Positions 13,230-28,917 are shown, counted from the stretch's first letter. The stretch is 64,000 nt of DNA from Syncephalis fuscata S228 (GCA_025786725.1 JAHLTZ010000002.1:931841-995840); one strand, 5' to 3'. Numbers and translations are program-made. Notes: generated from the sequence alone by a model not told the origin.

Positions 13230-14683
13230 ATGTTGTTGCAGACTTGGAATTTGCGTTCACTTATTCACGCATGTAAAGCACGCTGCTTTAATATACATGT
13301 CGTTATACTTTTAACCTTTCTTACAGCTAGCATATTAATTGTTATTACTCAGATACACACACTAATTGAACGCAGAGGAAAATTAGTAAATGATGTTCCA
13401 TTTTTTGATGTACCTCTATTTACAGCAAAAGAGCTGATAACTGCACCGGATGCTATTAGACTGGATTCGGCCGCGCAATTATTACCTACGGATTTCACGG
13501 TGACCAAGTCGCATGAGGAACGTGATAGCGTGGTGGTAGTCCGTAACCTTTGTCTGAATTCACAGTATGGTCTTTTTAGAATCGTTGATAATAATGGTGA
13601 TTCTAAAAAAATACCTACAGCAAATATTGTGACAGCAGGCGACTCTTACGATAGCTACTTTCAAACATCGACCGTAACCGTTAATGAGTTTGATGGGATG
13701 CGTAGCTTTTACGAACATAATGGCTACTCTAACCATTTTGTGCTGCTAAATGAAACCACCTTCTTTCTTATGGAAACGTACTTTCCAAGCCACTATTCGC
13801 ATTTCTTGGTCAATAACCTTATTCCATTATTAGAGGTGCTAAACTGGCACTATTCTCCAGAAAAAGACCGTCTCCAGTATACAACTACACTAGGCTGGAT
13901 GAAAACACGCCGCCATCTTTATATTCATGATAGAGAACTTCAAAAAGAAAAGTCGGATATTTTAAAGGGATTGACTTTAAACGTATTTATCGCAATAATG
14001 CATCATTGCTACCTAAAGGCACCACCGTTTGCTACAACAACGCCGTACTTGGGCTTAATAGTACTTGTCCCGTAGGTGGATGTGCCAAAATACCCGACCC
14101 AGCTTTGGGCACGTATACATCCCTGCGTCGATTGGTACGTGGACATTTTTTGAGCCATGACATGGTAAAGCAATTAGAAGTTAGCGATGCAGCTGCCATG
14201 AAATCAAAGAAGCTTGCCAACGGGCAACGGCCTCGTGTTGTTGTTGTTCAGCGTAAAGGTACGCGCGCCTTTCTCAATCTGGACAAAATACATACCATGT
14301 TAGATGGATTAGACGTTGAGGCGAAGTTTGTTGAACTCGAAGGGTACAACATGCAGCAGCAGGTTGAATTATTCTCCAATACCGATATATTAATAGCCGT
14401 CCATGGCAACGCTATAGGCAATCTGTTTTGGATGCCTCCTAGTGCGCTTATTATTGAAATCTGGCAATATGGATGGGAATCAAACTGGTTCAAGTATATT
14501 GCTGATCAATTGGTTGATGAGCGCAATCTACAACATCAAGTTATTTCGTGTAGCCTTCCAGAATGCGCTTTGCCAAGTCAGCGCGATCCTTCGTTTGATG
14601 CTAAAAATCGTGCAGTATATGCTCCTTTAGATAAACTAAAGAAATCGCTTACTGATCACGGTGTTAAATTAAAGCTGCAATAA
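13230..14683 (+). CDS. Glycosyltransferase family 61 (EOGT/POMGNT2-like), type II membrane protein; apparent frameshift at ~13971
   Basis: N-terminal TM anchor, SHYSHFLVNNLIPL, VVVVQRKGTRAFLN, QQVELFSNTDILIAVHGNAIGNLFWMPPSALIIEI. Confidence 0.85.
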
Positions 14684-14868
14684 AGTAGTTTAATATTTTA
14701 TTTTATTAATCATTATCAAAATACACAATTACATAAACTACTGTTTAGTTAAAATAGATTATAGTCACAATAGTATGTTTATTTGTTGTAAACTAAAACA
14801 GAGCTATGGTATAACAATTTATTGAATAAGCAATAGTATTTGAAATGATGTTTGGGAATATGTGCAAT

Positions 14869-17566
14869 TTATGGAGGTGCATGCGCATCTAAAAATGAGC
14901 CGTGACCAAAGGAAGGAATGATTGGCTGGGGCAAGTTGATCGAAACCAATTCAATCATATTCGATGCGTCAATAATGACTAATGAACTGGTATGGCGACT
15001 AGCATCATAAACGATAGTCAACAGCACACCATCATCCTCTTGTTCCGAAATAAACACCTCAGTACGATCGACATCAACATGACGATTGGGTACAAAGATT
15101 GGCTCGCTCGGATAGCAATTAGGACGTTGCCAAAAGGCTGATGTAATACGTCCATCCAAATCCTATTAGTAAATAATCAACATTACAATATTAATATTAT
15201 AAATTAATTAAATTTAAATAAACAATTGCTTACTGCTTTAACAATGGTATCCCACAGCGAACCAGCTCGATTGGATGCTACTAATGATGTGCTTACGCCG
15301 TAAACATAGCGATACGAACTACCAATATAACGTGGATTGACACAAGGTAGTTCCATACACGCATCTAGCATACGATCGTAGTAACACGGACTTGCTTGAT
15401 AGGCACCTGGAGCCAGCACAGTGATGCGTGTACGTTCCTCGCCAAGTCGCATCAAATCATATCGTCTTACCTCTCCCACTGGTAGTTGAGAGGCACGCTC
15501 TGGATTACGTAGATTTTCAAGTACAAGATGGCGTGTAATAGCATCATCTTCGTAGCAAATCATATCTACTTGGATACCATCGATTTCGTCTTCAAAGGCA
15601 TTCACATGATGCAATCTATATTCATCGTATATTCATTGGTTAATTGGTTATTTGTTAGCATTCTAGTATATACATGCATATAAATATACTTACGAAAAAC
15701 AAGCATCTGCCTTGTAAGAACCAATTAATTGACGTTCAGCTCTGGAAATAACGTAGAATGTTGTCTTTTCCTCCGGGTAATAGGTAAGCGAGTCGAGTAG
15801 CGATGAGCCCCAATAGTACTTAATACCCGACATATTTCCAAAGAACGGGAATATAACCAGAATAATATAGCGTGGCGTAATAGCAAAGCTATGTACAAGT
15901 GACGGACGTGGATGATTAACAGTGAATATCTTCTGTCCAGCCGATTTACCATCTCGAGTCGATAGAGCAATACAATGATAGTCAGTGCTATTATAACCAA
16001 CATCCATAGTTATCGTGAACAACTCGCCCGTACGAGTATCAAATCGAGAATGCGGAGTAGCTTGCGCGCCTTTAAAAGCCGGATTTAACATTTCCCATGA
16101 AAATATCTTTTTTGGTGTTAGATCACGTGGATCAAGCTGTTGGATAAGATTTGACTGATTCTGCGTGTAGATGAATTCAGTTTGACCAAATAGCGGAAAC
16201 CGTGTATGAATCATGGCACCGCACGCTTCAGCATCAGCCTTTGGCTTTTTGGGCGCTGATCGTAATAAACCGGCAAAGAAACTTTGGTTGGTATCACTAC
16301 GGAATAGTGTACCTGGTCGATCTGGTTGATAGCCACCATTCTCACGAATTTTCGATTCTAGCTTACGAGCTGTAATACGGCTACGATAATGTACAGCATT
16401 GCGACGACCATCAATTTCAAGCTTTTGTACTAGCGGTATACTAATAAATCAATTGTATTAGTAGATAAAATAAATAATATAGAGTGTAGCTATTTACGTG
16501 TCAAACCAATGGCCAAACGAATAATAACTATAGAAATATATTATTATTAATAATGTGGTTGAGTTAATTAATTAATTAGCTAATTGCTATTTATTTCTTA
16601 CCGAGTTTCTGAACCATTTTCTCCTTGCCGTGTATAAGATACGTCAAAAATACCTGGACCCACGGTAAATAGATCACCTTGAATCCATTTGGGTATTTCA
16701 CCAGAAGTAATATTTAATTGAGTTACTTGAAGTACTTCTTTACTATTTACAAATCCCTATTGTCCATTAATTAGTAATAAATTCTTAAGTTACTAATTAG
16801 TATATATATATTACTTTGGCATGTGTAGGAGGTGCCGATATTCTTGGCACTGATTCCTGTCGAGCATGCAGTACTGGAGTCGCTGCTCTTATAGCTGAGC
16901 TTGCCGCTATTGCTGACAGTGTACTTTTAGATGCATTATTATTATTACTATTATTAGTCTCTTTGTTCGTTGTTTCTTCAACAACAATCGCCATACTATC
17001 TGTTTTATTTTCTACTATTGTAGACTGCGACTGAGGCTTTGACAGTGTCCCACTTGTCGATATAATTGATTCATCTTCCAATACTTCTACAACCTCCTCT
17101 GTCATCATAAGTGTTTTTGTAGTTGTTGTCGTTGTCGTTGTCGTTGTCGTCTTTTTCTCGGATCCGGCTGAGTAGATTGAACTCATACCATCAACCATGA
17201 CCGATGCTTGTGAAATGCGTTCCCAGTCTGTTTCTGAATTAGACGGTGACGATATCGGCAGTCCCGTCGATCCTGAAGTTGCCAGCAGGCGCTTTCCACC
17301 CTCCATTGCTTCATGTTCATGTTTTGTATCCAATAATGAATTGGGCGTTTCCAATGGCTCTGCACTATCCACAGTCGAACCAATTGAATGTGTATCTTCA
17401 TAGTGATTGTAGACTTAGTCGCATGAACTTCTTCAATTTGCTTAAACTCGGCCTTTGTGCTTAAAGGCGGCGGTAGTGGTGGCCTAGTCATCACTAGGTC
17501 CTCGTCATCTCCACTATCGCCATCATTGGTTGCGGTGTGGCGGAGTAGTGCGCTTTCGACAGACAT
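14869..17566 (-). CDS. Carotenoid oxygenase (RPE65/CCD family) with long low-complexity N-terminus; apparent frameshift at ~17415
   Basis: GEIPKWIQGDLFTVGPG, HWFD, four Fe-ligand His contexts (TPHSRFD, VHSFAIT, HHVNAFE, GHGSF), PSEPIFVP..EDDGVLL. Confidence 0.9.
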
Positions 17567-19438
17567 ATCGCCAAATGAAAAATATTGTATAATTTATTTA
17601 CTGGATGCTTAAAAAGAAGTTAAAAGAATGCGAAAATAGGCTACGCAATAACTCAAATAAACGAATAAAGAAAGGCCAAAGGAGTGATGGTGGTGGTGGT
17701 GTTGCAAAAGGAAGTAAAGTAGGCGGAGTGGTAAAAATAAACGGATATTGATCAAACATTCATTTATGGCGAACTATTTCTATAATAGTAATAATGGTAG
17801 ATTTAAATTAATGTGATTATATTTCATTGTATTTTATCACCACCATAAAAGTAGTTTTAAATGCCAATGTAATTGGTTTATAGTGTAATAATAATAATAA
17901 CAATAATAACAATAACAATAATAACTATAGCGACGATGAAACGCGCAAGTCGCCTTTGTTGCATGCATTTGCTTTTCATATGATCAACATTACTAGAATC
18001 AATATCGTCTCTTCCTTTGCCAAATGTTTATTAATATTTATTTTGTACCAAACACGCTCAGTTGTTATTCTACTTGATTGTTTTAACAAATCGATATCAT
18101 TACAAAGCTTTTTACTATTGTTATCTGTATTCTTTTCTCGGTTTTATAATCAATACAACCATTATGGATGCCAAAACAAAATCGGTCCGTTTTAATGCTA
18201 TTGAACAACCACTTAAACTTGTTTAGAAATTAAAGTTGAAACTAATGTTAATATAATGAGGAAAATTAAACAACAATTTGATGAAAGTTTAGACTTGAAG
18301 AGAAGATTAGAAATAATGCGACAGTGAAGAAGAAGCCTGATCTTTCCAACTATTAATGGTCAACGTATCCAAGAAACTGGCACTGATGGTACTAATAAAT
18401 TATTAGTTCAGCATATTTTAAGTATATATTCGGCGAGAATAAAGACCATTTGATAACTACACCGTTTAGTCCATTTATATATAAAAGTTCCAGCCAGTGC
18501 TCCGGTTTATTCAGCTCTTAATTGGTGGATTCATTATATTAACAACAAACTCGTATTTATTTGTACAAACTAAGCTATATAAACATGTAGTAACAAACAC
18601 ATGATTTTATTCAATTATAAAATAATGAGTAAAACATTACTAGATCAGCGTGTACTGTAGGTTGTACATTCTATACAGCTATTTTATAATTCAATAATCC
18701 ATATTTAAAACAACTTATAAATATAAATATACGCACACTAATATATATATATTTATAACTTGTAATCTATTTATAATATGCTGTGTTATTAGAATATCCT
18801 ATCGTGTAGCAGTTTTGATTAAATATGCTTAACTAGTTTTATAGCTATAATTACCATGCAATGAATATGTAACGGAGTTAGGGTAATCCATCACACAAAA
18901 TGTCTGCGTCGATGGAAGGAAGAGAACAGATTTGTTTTACTCTTGCATATTCATAAAACAAATAACCTGGTTTTCTTACAAATATATCTATTATTAAATG
19001 TATAAGTCTGATTAGTAAAAGGCGCTAAGCCGTAACAATGAACGAATTAGTCATAGTTGATTAGTAGTTACTATGTTGCGCGTACATTCTGCCGTTATAG
19101 ACATCATTCAATAGTTCGGACAAGTTTTGCCGAATAATTAGCTCAAGTCCGAAAGCAAATGCAAGCAATTTAATTTAACCGATAAAACAATCCTTTAGTA
19201 AGATATACACTTTTACAAGTGTTCATAGCATTGCGCTTTATGGTGAAGGCAAAAGCCAGGAAACTTATAAATCGGACTAAAGTTACATATCTATTCCAAA
19301 GTATACTTGTTTCTCCGCTGACCAAATATAGCAACTGACTATCCACTTACTCGCTTCTTTCTTCCCTCTCTCTCTCTCTCTCTTGCTCCTACTACTACTG
19401 TTTTCAGCACTTTTCTTTCGTTCATTCTACTTTACAAT

Positions 19439-21114
19439 ATGTCCCAACAATTCACTACAAAAGTGTGCTGTATCGGTGCCGGTTATGTGGGTAAGTAATA
19501 CACTTTATTATTATTACTATGCCGAACTGTCATTAACACCAACTATAGGTGGACCTACGTGTGCTGTTATTGCCAAACAGTGTCCAGACATCAAAGTTAC
19601 TATTGTTGACATTAATCCCCAACGTATTGCTGCATGGAATTCAGATGATAAGGATGAGCTGCCTATTTATGAGCCAGGCCTAAGCGAGTTGGTATTTGAA
19701 TGCCGTGGCCGCAATCTATTCTTCTCAACCGACGTCGATGCTGCTATACTTGAGTCTGATATCATTTTCGTCTCGGTAAATACGCCCACCAAGAAGAATG
19801 GTGTTGGCAAAGGATACGCTGCTGATTTAAAGTAAGTTTATTTACAAAGTGTTTATTAATAAGTGTATTAACCCATATTAATTATCTAACGTATTTACAC
19901 ATAGATATATTGAATCTGCCACTCGTCGTATTGCCGAGGTTGCTACAAGCAGTAAAATTGTTGTTGAAAAGTCAACAGTACCCTGCCGCACCGCCGAGTC
20001 TATGCGTACCATTCTTGAATCAAATTCACGTGCCGATATTCGTTTTGATATTTTATCTAATCCTGAATTTCTTGCTGAAGGCACTGCCATTAACGATTTA
20101 CTTAATCCAGACCGTGTGCTTATTGGTAGCTTGAGCACTAAGGAAGGTCTAGAAGCGCAACGAGTGTTGGCCGATTTGTACGCTCGTTGGGTCCCACGTG
20201 AACGAGTCATTACTATGGGACTATGGTCATCTGAGCTATCAAAGCTGGTAAGTTGTCATCATTATAGTGAATTTACAGCTAATTTACTAATTGATCGATC
20301 GATCGATTGCTTAATTAGGCGGCCAATGCTTTATTAGCCCAACGTATTTCAAGTATCAATGCTCTTTCGGCCATTTGTGAAGCGACCGGTGCCGATGTTG
20401 ATGAGGTAGCCTATGCTTGCGGCCTCGACTCACGTATTGGTCCAAAGTTCCTTAAATCCTCAGTGGGATTCGGTGGCTCTTGCTTCCAGAAGGATATTCT
20501 TAACTTGGCCTACCTAGCAGAATCACTTCATTTGCCGGTGGTTGCCGAATACTGGCGTCAAGTAGTCACTATGAACGAGCATCAAAAGCTTCGATTTGCA
20601 GAAAAGGTTGTTTCCTCTATGTTTAATACGATTAATGGCAAACGCATCGCTATACTTGGCTGGGCATTTAAAAAGGATACTGGTGATACTCGTGAAAGTC
20701 CAGCAATCACGGTAGCCGAAGCGCTCTTAATTGAAGGAGCCCAGTTACAAGTTTATGATCCAAAAGTATCAAGCATTCGTATGCTAATCGATTTAGCAGA
20801 ACGTGAGACACTAGGCGATGAAACAGCCTGTAAGTTTTTAATACTGCATTAATAGTACCAATATCTAATACTTTTATGAATACTTTATAGTGGCCAAATC
20901 CATTACTATGTGCCCAGATGCGTATACCGCAGTTAATGAGGCCGATGCTGTTGTTGTCTGCACCGAGTGGGATGAATTCCGTACTCTTGACTGGCAAGCT
21001 ATTTATAACAGTATGCACAAGCCAGCGTTTGTCTTTGATGGCCGTCTTATTCTCGATGCTGCTGCATTGCGTGAAATTGGATTCCGTGTTGATACCATCG
21101 GTAAAAGTTCTTAA
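19439..21114 (+). CDS. UGD1: UDP-glucose 6-dehydrogenase (5 exons)
   Basis: [58 protein letters not shown]. Confidence 0.96.
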
Positions 21115-21771
21115 AGAGATGCATGTAAACGACATAAAATATTATTTTTATAATAAAATAGTGCTGAAGTATAACTAAAATAATATAATATATTTATTGC
21201 TAGAGTGTTATATAGCTGAATAGATACAATTAGACAAAAAGTGATAAACAGCTTTAATTTTTTGCTAAATAAACTGAATCTGTATTAAATTCATCACTTT
21301 AGTACAATAAAACATTAATATATCTAATTTATTAATTAAAGCGTATTTATACCTACTCATAACACCCATTCGATAGTGTTGATTAACCAAAGATCAAATA
21401 CTACATAATCAACAAATCTATAATTGGACTTCAACCGATCTATATTAAAAATACATAATTAATTGGATCAACTCACAAATCGTCAAAGGGTATTGGTTGA
21501 CGTGTCACTTTCTCGTCACTCCGATGGCTTCCATGGTCGTTTTCACTCACTGCTAACTGTTGAAGATTATTGCCACTGCTACTCGTTCATCTTAAAGTAT
21601 TGTGCTAATACTTGTCGTCATCTTTGCGTTTCGTCGTTTCTTTATTCTTCTTAACCAACCAAGAATTATTCGTTGACGAAGTAGTCGATTCGAACTGTTG
21701 TCGGCTGGTACCCGTGTATCTGTGCCAGTTTCTGTTCAATAGACCGCTTAAACGCGTCATTTAAAGCAAAG

Positions 21772-24700
21772 ATGCATATGCTAACAAAGGTAACGTTGAG
21801 TAGACAATCGCTGTATATGCCTAGCTGCAGTAATACTCATCTATTGCTTGTCTACAACTATTTAGTTTGAGTCTAAAAGCAATCGAGTCAAAGGCGTCTC
21901 GTTTCATCCAAAAAGACCATGGATTCTCGCCTCGTTGCATAACGGCTCCGTCCAGCTATGGGACTACCGAATGGGCACACTATTGGAGAAGTTTGAAGAA
22001 CATGAGGGTAAGCTTGGTATTGGCTAGTTGGTTTAGTCTAGACTGTGTAGTATTTGCAATATATACTAACATTAATGTGTGTGTGTGTGTGTGTATAGGT
22101 CCGGTGCGTGGTGTTCATTTCCATCCTTCACAGCCTCTATTCGTATCTGGCGGTGATGATAATCGAATCAAGTTGTGGAATTACAAGACACGTCGCTGTC
22201 TATTTACTTTTACTGGCCATATTGACTATGTACGCACTGTGTTTTTCCATCACGAACACCCGTGGATTGTCAGTTGTTCAGATGATCAAACTATTCGTAT
22301 TTGGAATTGGCAATCACGTACTTGTGTTGCAGTATTGACCGGTCATAATCACTATGTCATGTGTGCACAATTCCATCCCACTGAAGATTTACTTGTATCT
22401 GCTTCTATGGATCAAACAGTACGCGTTTGGGATATTTCTGGTAAGTCAGTAGATTCATTAATAGCATTAGTACTGATAGATGTTTAGGATTACGTAAAAA
22501 GAATAAATCAAAGAATGTAGTTACGGTTGAAGACTTGGTAAGCCGTGCTACAGGTCAGCCAGATCTATTTGGCAATTCAGACTGTTCGGTCAAATTTGTT
22601 CTTGAAGGACATGACCGAGGTGTTGACTGGGTCTCTTTCCATCCTACAAAGCCATTGATTGTTTCAAGTGGCGATGATCGTCAAATTAAACTATGGCGTA
22701 TGAGTGGTAAGTAAATAGTAAATAGTACATAATATTAATAATTAATGTTAATAATTAATGTTAATAATAATTAGATGTTAAGGCATGGGAAGTCGATTCA
22801 TTCCGTGGTCATATGAACAATGTATCCTGTGTTCTATTCCATCCAACTAAAGAGTTGCTTATTTCTGACTCTGAAGATAAAACTATTCGTGTATGGGATA
22901 TGCAAACACGTACAGCAGTACAAACATTTAGACGGGATCAAGATCGGTTTTGGGTTCTGTCTTCTCATCCAGAATTGAATCTATTTGCAGCTGGTAAGTT
23001 ATACATGGTTTATTAAAAGGTATATACAAATAATGAAATTAATAACTAACATGACTAATAGGTCACGATAATGGATTAATTATATTCAAATTGGATCGTG
23101 AAAGACCCGCTTCAGTGCAAAGCCAAAACTCGCTATTCTTTGTACGCGATCGTGTATTAAGATTGTTTGATTTTACACGCAATAGCGAACAGCCAATTAT
23201 GTCAATTCGTCGATCGGCCACGCCTTATATGCAGCCACGCTCTATTTCCTTTAATCCTGCAGAACGTGCTGTGCTTGTCTGTTCGGTAAGTTATTTAAGC
23301 ATTGAATGATATGTGTTAACTATAAATGCATCATTTGATTAGGCGGTTGATGGTGGCACCTACGATCTCTATCCATTGCCTAAGGAATTCAGCGGTGATC
23401 TACGCGATTGTCCCGAACCAAAACGAGGCAGCGGTACAACTGCCATATTTACATCGCGTACCCGTTTTGCCGTACTAGATAAAACAGAGCAACAGATCTA
23501 TATTAAGGATATGTCAAATACTGTTACCAAAACGATTAAGCCGCCACAACAAGTTACAGAAATATTCTTTGCCGGTGCCAATTATCTTCTATTGGCCACG
23601 TCTACTGCAGTTATTCTTTATGACACGCAACAACGACAAACGGTATCTGAATTGGCTGCGGCTAATGTAAAGTATGTTGCCTGGTCTGCAGATATGACTC
23701 ATATTGCATTGATGAGCAAGCATAGTAAGTGTTTAGACAGCACACTAATTAACTGACTAATTAATATTTAACTATCATTAATTAATAGCTATTCATATTG
23801 CTACAAAGACGCTAGAGCAGAAAACATGTATTCATGAAACGATTCGTATTAAGAGTGGTGTTTGGGACGAGAGTGGCGTGTTCCTTTACACAACTTTGAA
23901 TCATATCAAGTACACGCTTACCAACGGCGACCATGGCATTATTCGTACACTCGAACAGCCAGTCTATTTGGTACGCTCCAAGGGTGCAAGTATATGTTGT
24001 TTGGAACGAGATGGCGAAGTACATAGCATTACCATTGATCCTACCGAGTATCAATTCAAGATGGCTTTAGTACGCGAACGATTTGATCAAGTACTGCAAA
24101 TTATTCGTACTTCAAACCTTGTTGGCCAATCGATTATTGCTTATTTGCAAAAGAAAGGATATCCAGAGGTAACATACGTGAATACATATAATGAATAGTA
24201 TTAGATAGTAATTATTATTTAGGTGGCACTACAATTTGTAAGGGATACAAAAACGCGATTTGAATTGGCCATTGAATGTGGCAATTTGAATGTGGCCTTG
24301 GAAGAAGCAAAGAAGCTGGATCGTGTTGAGTGTTGGAGTAAATTAGGCACTGAAGCATTAAGACAAGGCAATACTAAGGTAACTATTGTATATATATATA
24401 TATATAGTCATTATGAACAGGCAACAATTAACACTCTATTTATAGATGATTGAAACGGCTTATCAGCGTACAAAGAACTTTGAACGTCTATCATTCCTAT
24501 ACCTCGCCACTGGTAATATTGAAAACCAACGCAGAATGTTAAAGATTGCTGAATTACGTGGTGATGGCATGTCACGTTTCCATAATGCACTCTACACGGG
24601 TGATGTACGTAATCGTGTACAGTTCTTGACTGAAATGGCCATGTGTAAGTAATATATGCGTATTATTAATAGTAGGACAGTTAATCATACCTATCACTAG

Positions 24701-26218
24701 ATCCATTGGCTTATTTAACGGCTAAATCTCATGGACTTGAAGAAGAAGCCGAACAAATACTTGAAATGGCCGGCAAGACTGAAGAAGAATTGACGGATAT
24801 TCCAGCACCAGGTCAGTTACTTCGTCCTCCAGTGCCGGTCAATCGTCGTGACAATACCAACTGGCCATTAAAGGAATTTAACCGTAATGCATTTGAACGG
24901 GCCTTTATCAGCGGCCAGTTGGAATCGGATACTATGGCCGATACAGAGGTTACTGCAGTCACTTCGTCCAGTGCCGGTGCTGCCGCCGCTTCATCATCCT
25001 CATTGGCATTTGATGCTATAGAAGGATTAGACGGTGAAGAGGAAGAAGAAGTGGGCGCTGGCTGGGGTCTAGGCGATGATATGGATCTACAGCTCGATGC
25101 CGATATTACCGGTGATGGAGCAGGTGCCAGTAGTACTGGTGGTACCCGTACAGTGGCTGAAGGAACACCAGAAACCGAGCTATGGTGCCACAATTCTCCA
25201 TTAGCTGCTGATCATGTTGCAGCTGGTAGTTTTGAATCAGCTATGCAGGTAAATTGATAAAGAATATATGCATACAAATATTTACTAATTTTTATTACTA
25301 TTTTAGTTGTTGCATCGTCAAGCAGGCATTGTTAATTTTACGCCACTAAAAGAGCATTTCCTTACCATCTACAGCTGTTCACATGCTTGGTTATCCGGCG
25401 TACCTACACTACCGCCCCTATCATTCCCTATGCGCCGCAATTGGGAAGAGACCGATTTGCGTAAAGTATTACCAGCACAGCCATATTCTCGTACTATAAT
25501 CGATACTACCTTATTGCAACCGGCCTACAAACTATTTACTAGTGGCCAGTTTAAAGAAACTGTTGGCCAATTCCGCAATGCACTTCATGCATTACTATTG
25601 ACGGTGGCCACATCAGTCAACGAAGCACAAGAGGTAGGTAGCATAATTACTTTATTTACTAGCATTTACACATACTAATCATCATTGCTACATTTAAACT
25701 AGCTGCGTCAATTAATCGACGAATGCCGTGAATATATTCTCGGTCTTTCTATGGAAGTATCACGACGTGAGATTGCCACGCAAGATTCATTTGAAGCGAA
25801 TAAGCGTTCGCTTGAACTGGCCGCCTACTTTTCGCATTGTAAAATGCGCCCACCCCACCAGATACTTACACTTCGAGCAGCCATGGCCCAAGCATACAAG
25901 ACAAAGAACTTTTTAAGTGCCTCTTCCTTTGCCCGACGCCTACTTGACCTTCGGCCAATGGCCAATCTGGCTAAACAAGCGCAACAAATCAAGGAAGTGT
26001 CCGATCGCACACCACGCGATGAAATACCTCTCGACTATGATCATTATAGCGAATTTATCGTATGTGGCATCTCCTACCTGCCAATCTACCAAGGAGACGC
26101 TCATGTACGCTGTCCGTGCTGTACGGCGATCTATCGCCCCGAACATAAAGGCAAGCTTTGTCCGGTGTGCGAATTGGCCAAGATTGGCACAAATGGCACT
26201 GGTCTACGCCAATTCTAA
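21772..26218 (+). CDS. COP1: Coatomer subunit alpha (alpha-COP), multi-exon
   Basis: MLTK|[10 protein letters not shown] start, WD40 repeats ([22 protein letters not shown]), [32 protein letters not shown]-terminal Cys-rich finger. Confidence 0.97.
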
Positions 26219-26362
26219 ATGTCTATCGTCTTTTATAAGTGGTGGCGTATGCGTTAAAGTGGTTTAATCTTTTGAATATAAATGAAAAAGAGCAATTTAT
26301 TACTATTATTCATATCATTGTTGTTATAATTGCTTTATTTGATAATGTGAGGGGCACACAAA

Positions 26363-27892
26363 CTACAATCGACGAATAATGATAGCTGTGGCAGCACCGC
26401 CACCATTACAAACGGCTGCACAACCATATTGGCCCTTTTCCAATTGGTGGGCTAGCGTAACGACAATACGGCAACCAGAGGAACTAGAATGATAATAGTT
26501 GTTGTTGATATTGTTAATAAATACATAGAAATAATAGATAGATGTAATTACCCAATAGGATGTCCTAGAGCTACGGCACCGCCCAATGCGTTGACTTTAG
26601 CTGGATCCAATGAAAGAATCTATAAATGGTTTAGAGATGTAAAATTAACATCTTTAGCTTATCAGTGTTTGTGTTAACTTGCCTGCTCGTTAACTCGAGC
26701 CACCACGCTAAATGCTTCGTTAAACTCAAATCGACTAATATCATCGATTTTAAGATTGGCACGGGCCAAAGCAATTGGTACAGCTTTGGAAGGTGCAATA
26801 GTAAAGTCTTTTGGTGCACAGGCTGCATCAGCATATGAAATAATCTCTGCCAATGGATTAATCGATAGTTCCTGTGCCTTGTCCTCGGCCATAAGTACAA
26901 CGGCACTGGCACCATCGTTAAGTGTGCTTGCATTGGCTGCAGTTACAGTGCCGCCTTGCGACTGAAAGACGGGTCGCAGTGTTGTAATTTTATCGAATCG
27001 TACACGTTTGTATTCCTCGTCTTCAGTAACAATTTCATCGCCTTTACGACCACGAATGTGCACGGGAGCAATTTCCGCTTCAAATGCACCTTGTTTCCAA
27101 GCTTCAGTTGCTCGTTTATACGAACTAATTGCATGTTCGTCCTGCGTCTCACGACTAATCTGATACTTGGCTGCTGTTTCTTCGGCACAATTGCCCATAT
27201 GGATCTGATTATAGACATCCCAAAGACCATCCTTTATAATGCCATCGGCCATTGTTTGATTACCATATTCCACACCACGTGGTACATAGAATCTAGATAT
27301 TTTGGTGTAAGATAAATAGATTGATAAATAAATATAACCACCTATATTAAATGTATGTAACTTACGGCGTATTTGACATGCTTTCCATGCCACCAGCTAC
27401 CATAATGTCACGCGTGCCAACTTGAATACCTTGTGCGGCTAGTGTAATTGCTTTCATGCCAGAAGCACATACTTTATTGATTGTAGTTGCTTCGGTCGTG
27501 TCGGGACAGCCAGCAGCAAACGCCGCTTGACGTGCCGGCGACTGACCAAGACCAGCCTGTAGCACATTGCCCATGTAGACCTCTTCAACCTGATCGGCCT
27601 TGATACCTACGATATTTAATATATTAGCAATAAAGCGAGTACATTATTTGATTAGTATTGTGTTTATGTCATTGTCGTCGTTGTCTAATCACCTGCACGT
27701 TCTAATGCACCACGGATGGCAAAGCCACCAAGATGAGGTGCAGCCACTTTGGCCAACGAGCCTCGGAACGAACCGACAGGAGTACGTGCTAAAAAATGAA
27801 GGGAAACAAAAAGCAATTAATAAGTGTTGAATGACGAAGATAGTACGCGAGACAACAGTACCTGCACCAGCAATAACGACGCGACGAATCAT
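26363..27892 (-). CDS. ERG10: Acetyl-CoA acetyltransferase (thiolase II)
   Basis: [35 protein letters not shown]|[16 protein letters not shown]; one GC-AG intron (donor 26682). Confidence 0.95.
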
Positions 27893-28917
27893 AGTAAATG
27901 TTTATTCTTTTTTAGTAAAAGTAGAAAGAAAGAAGAGGTGACGAAGGCGTGAGTAAATTCGGCAATTAATGCCGCTAATTATACTGACCGTACATTACTA
28001 ATTATGGTATAAAAACAGTGTATGGCATTATCTATTTAATTACATGTTGGATCTAATCTGTTTGGTAGATTAATGTCTTAATCAATGAGTTACGTTATAA
28101 TAGAATTACTAAAGACGTGCTTTAATGTAATATTATATATTCAGCTTGACACTATGTTATTTGATTTTCTATTTATAACTGAACGGAAATACAGTTATTA
28201 GATATACGGTGTTATATCGTGTAATTACTATAATGTCTACGTAAAGTAGTGTATTATGCATTGTCAGTCATATCACAGCTTAAAATTATGTAATTTAATC
28301 TTTGTAGCTAGAGCGAATAATTGCAATAATAAATACTACTCATTTCTAGTATTTTCTACATGAATAGAATAGTATGCAGCTTATTATGATGACCAAGAAA
28401 AAAGATATGTAATGAATGGAGATGATAATCAAAGTAATGCTAGCACATCAGTTGGTGCATAAGCCCCTTTTTGAACTTGATAGCATTTAAGCGTGGCGTG
28501 TATCACCTTAATTAATAATATTGAATAAATATACACTATAAGTAATTTCTTACATACAAATATAACTTGTTCATTTATTAAATAAACACTCCAGCTTTTT
28601 ATTATTAAATTGCAACTATATTTTTTGCATTTAAGCAAGCATTTGATTCTGCTTTTACTTTTTAAACAAATTAATAGGCCTACAGCTTACTTGTGTTTGT
28701 TGAACAGTTAGCTGGATATGCACGTTCACGCGGCTAATCAAATGAACCAAGACGCTGTAATTGGTGTCTTTTTGTATCACACAAACACGCAAACGCACAT
28801 AGCTATTTTTTTTATCAAATCCTGCTTTACTGGCATGCTTGCTATAAAATGCGCACCACTGCCATGTAGTCTCCTATTTCTTTAGCCTTTTTCTAGTTAA
28901 TTCTCGCCACGGCTTCC

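Noticed and set aside
18166-18570. Coding-like stretch beginning MDAKTKSVRFNAIEQP
   Set aside because: Stops in all frames and no recognisable family; possibly a gene relic, but not supportable.
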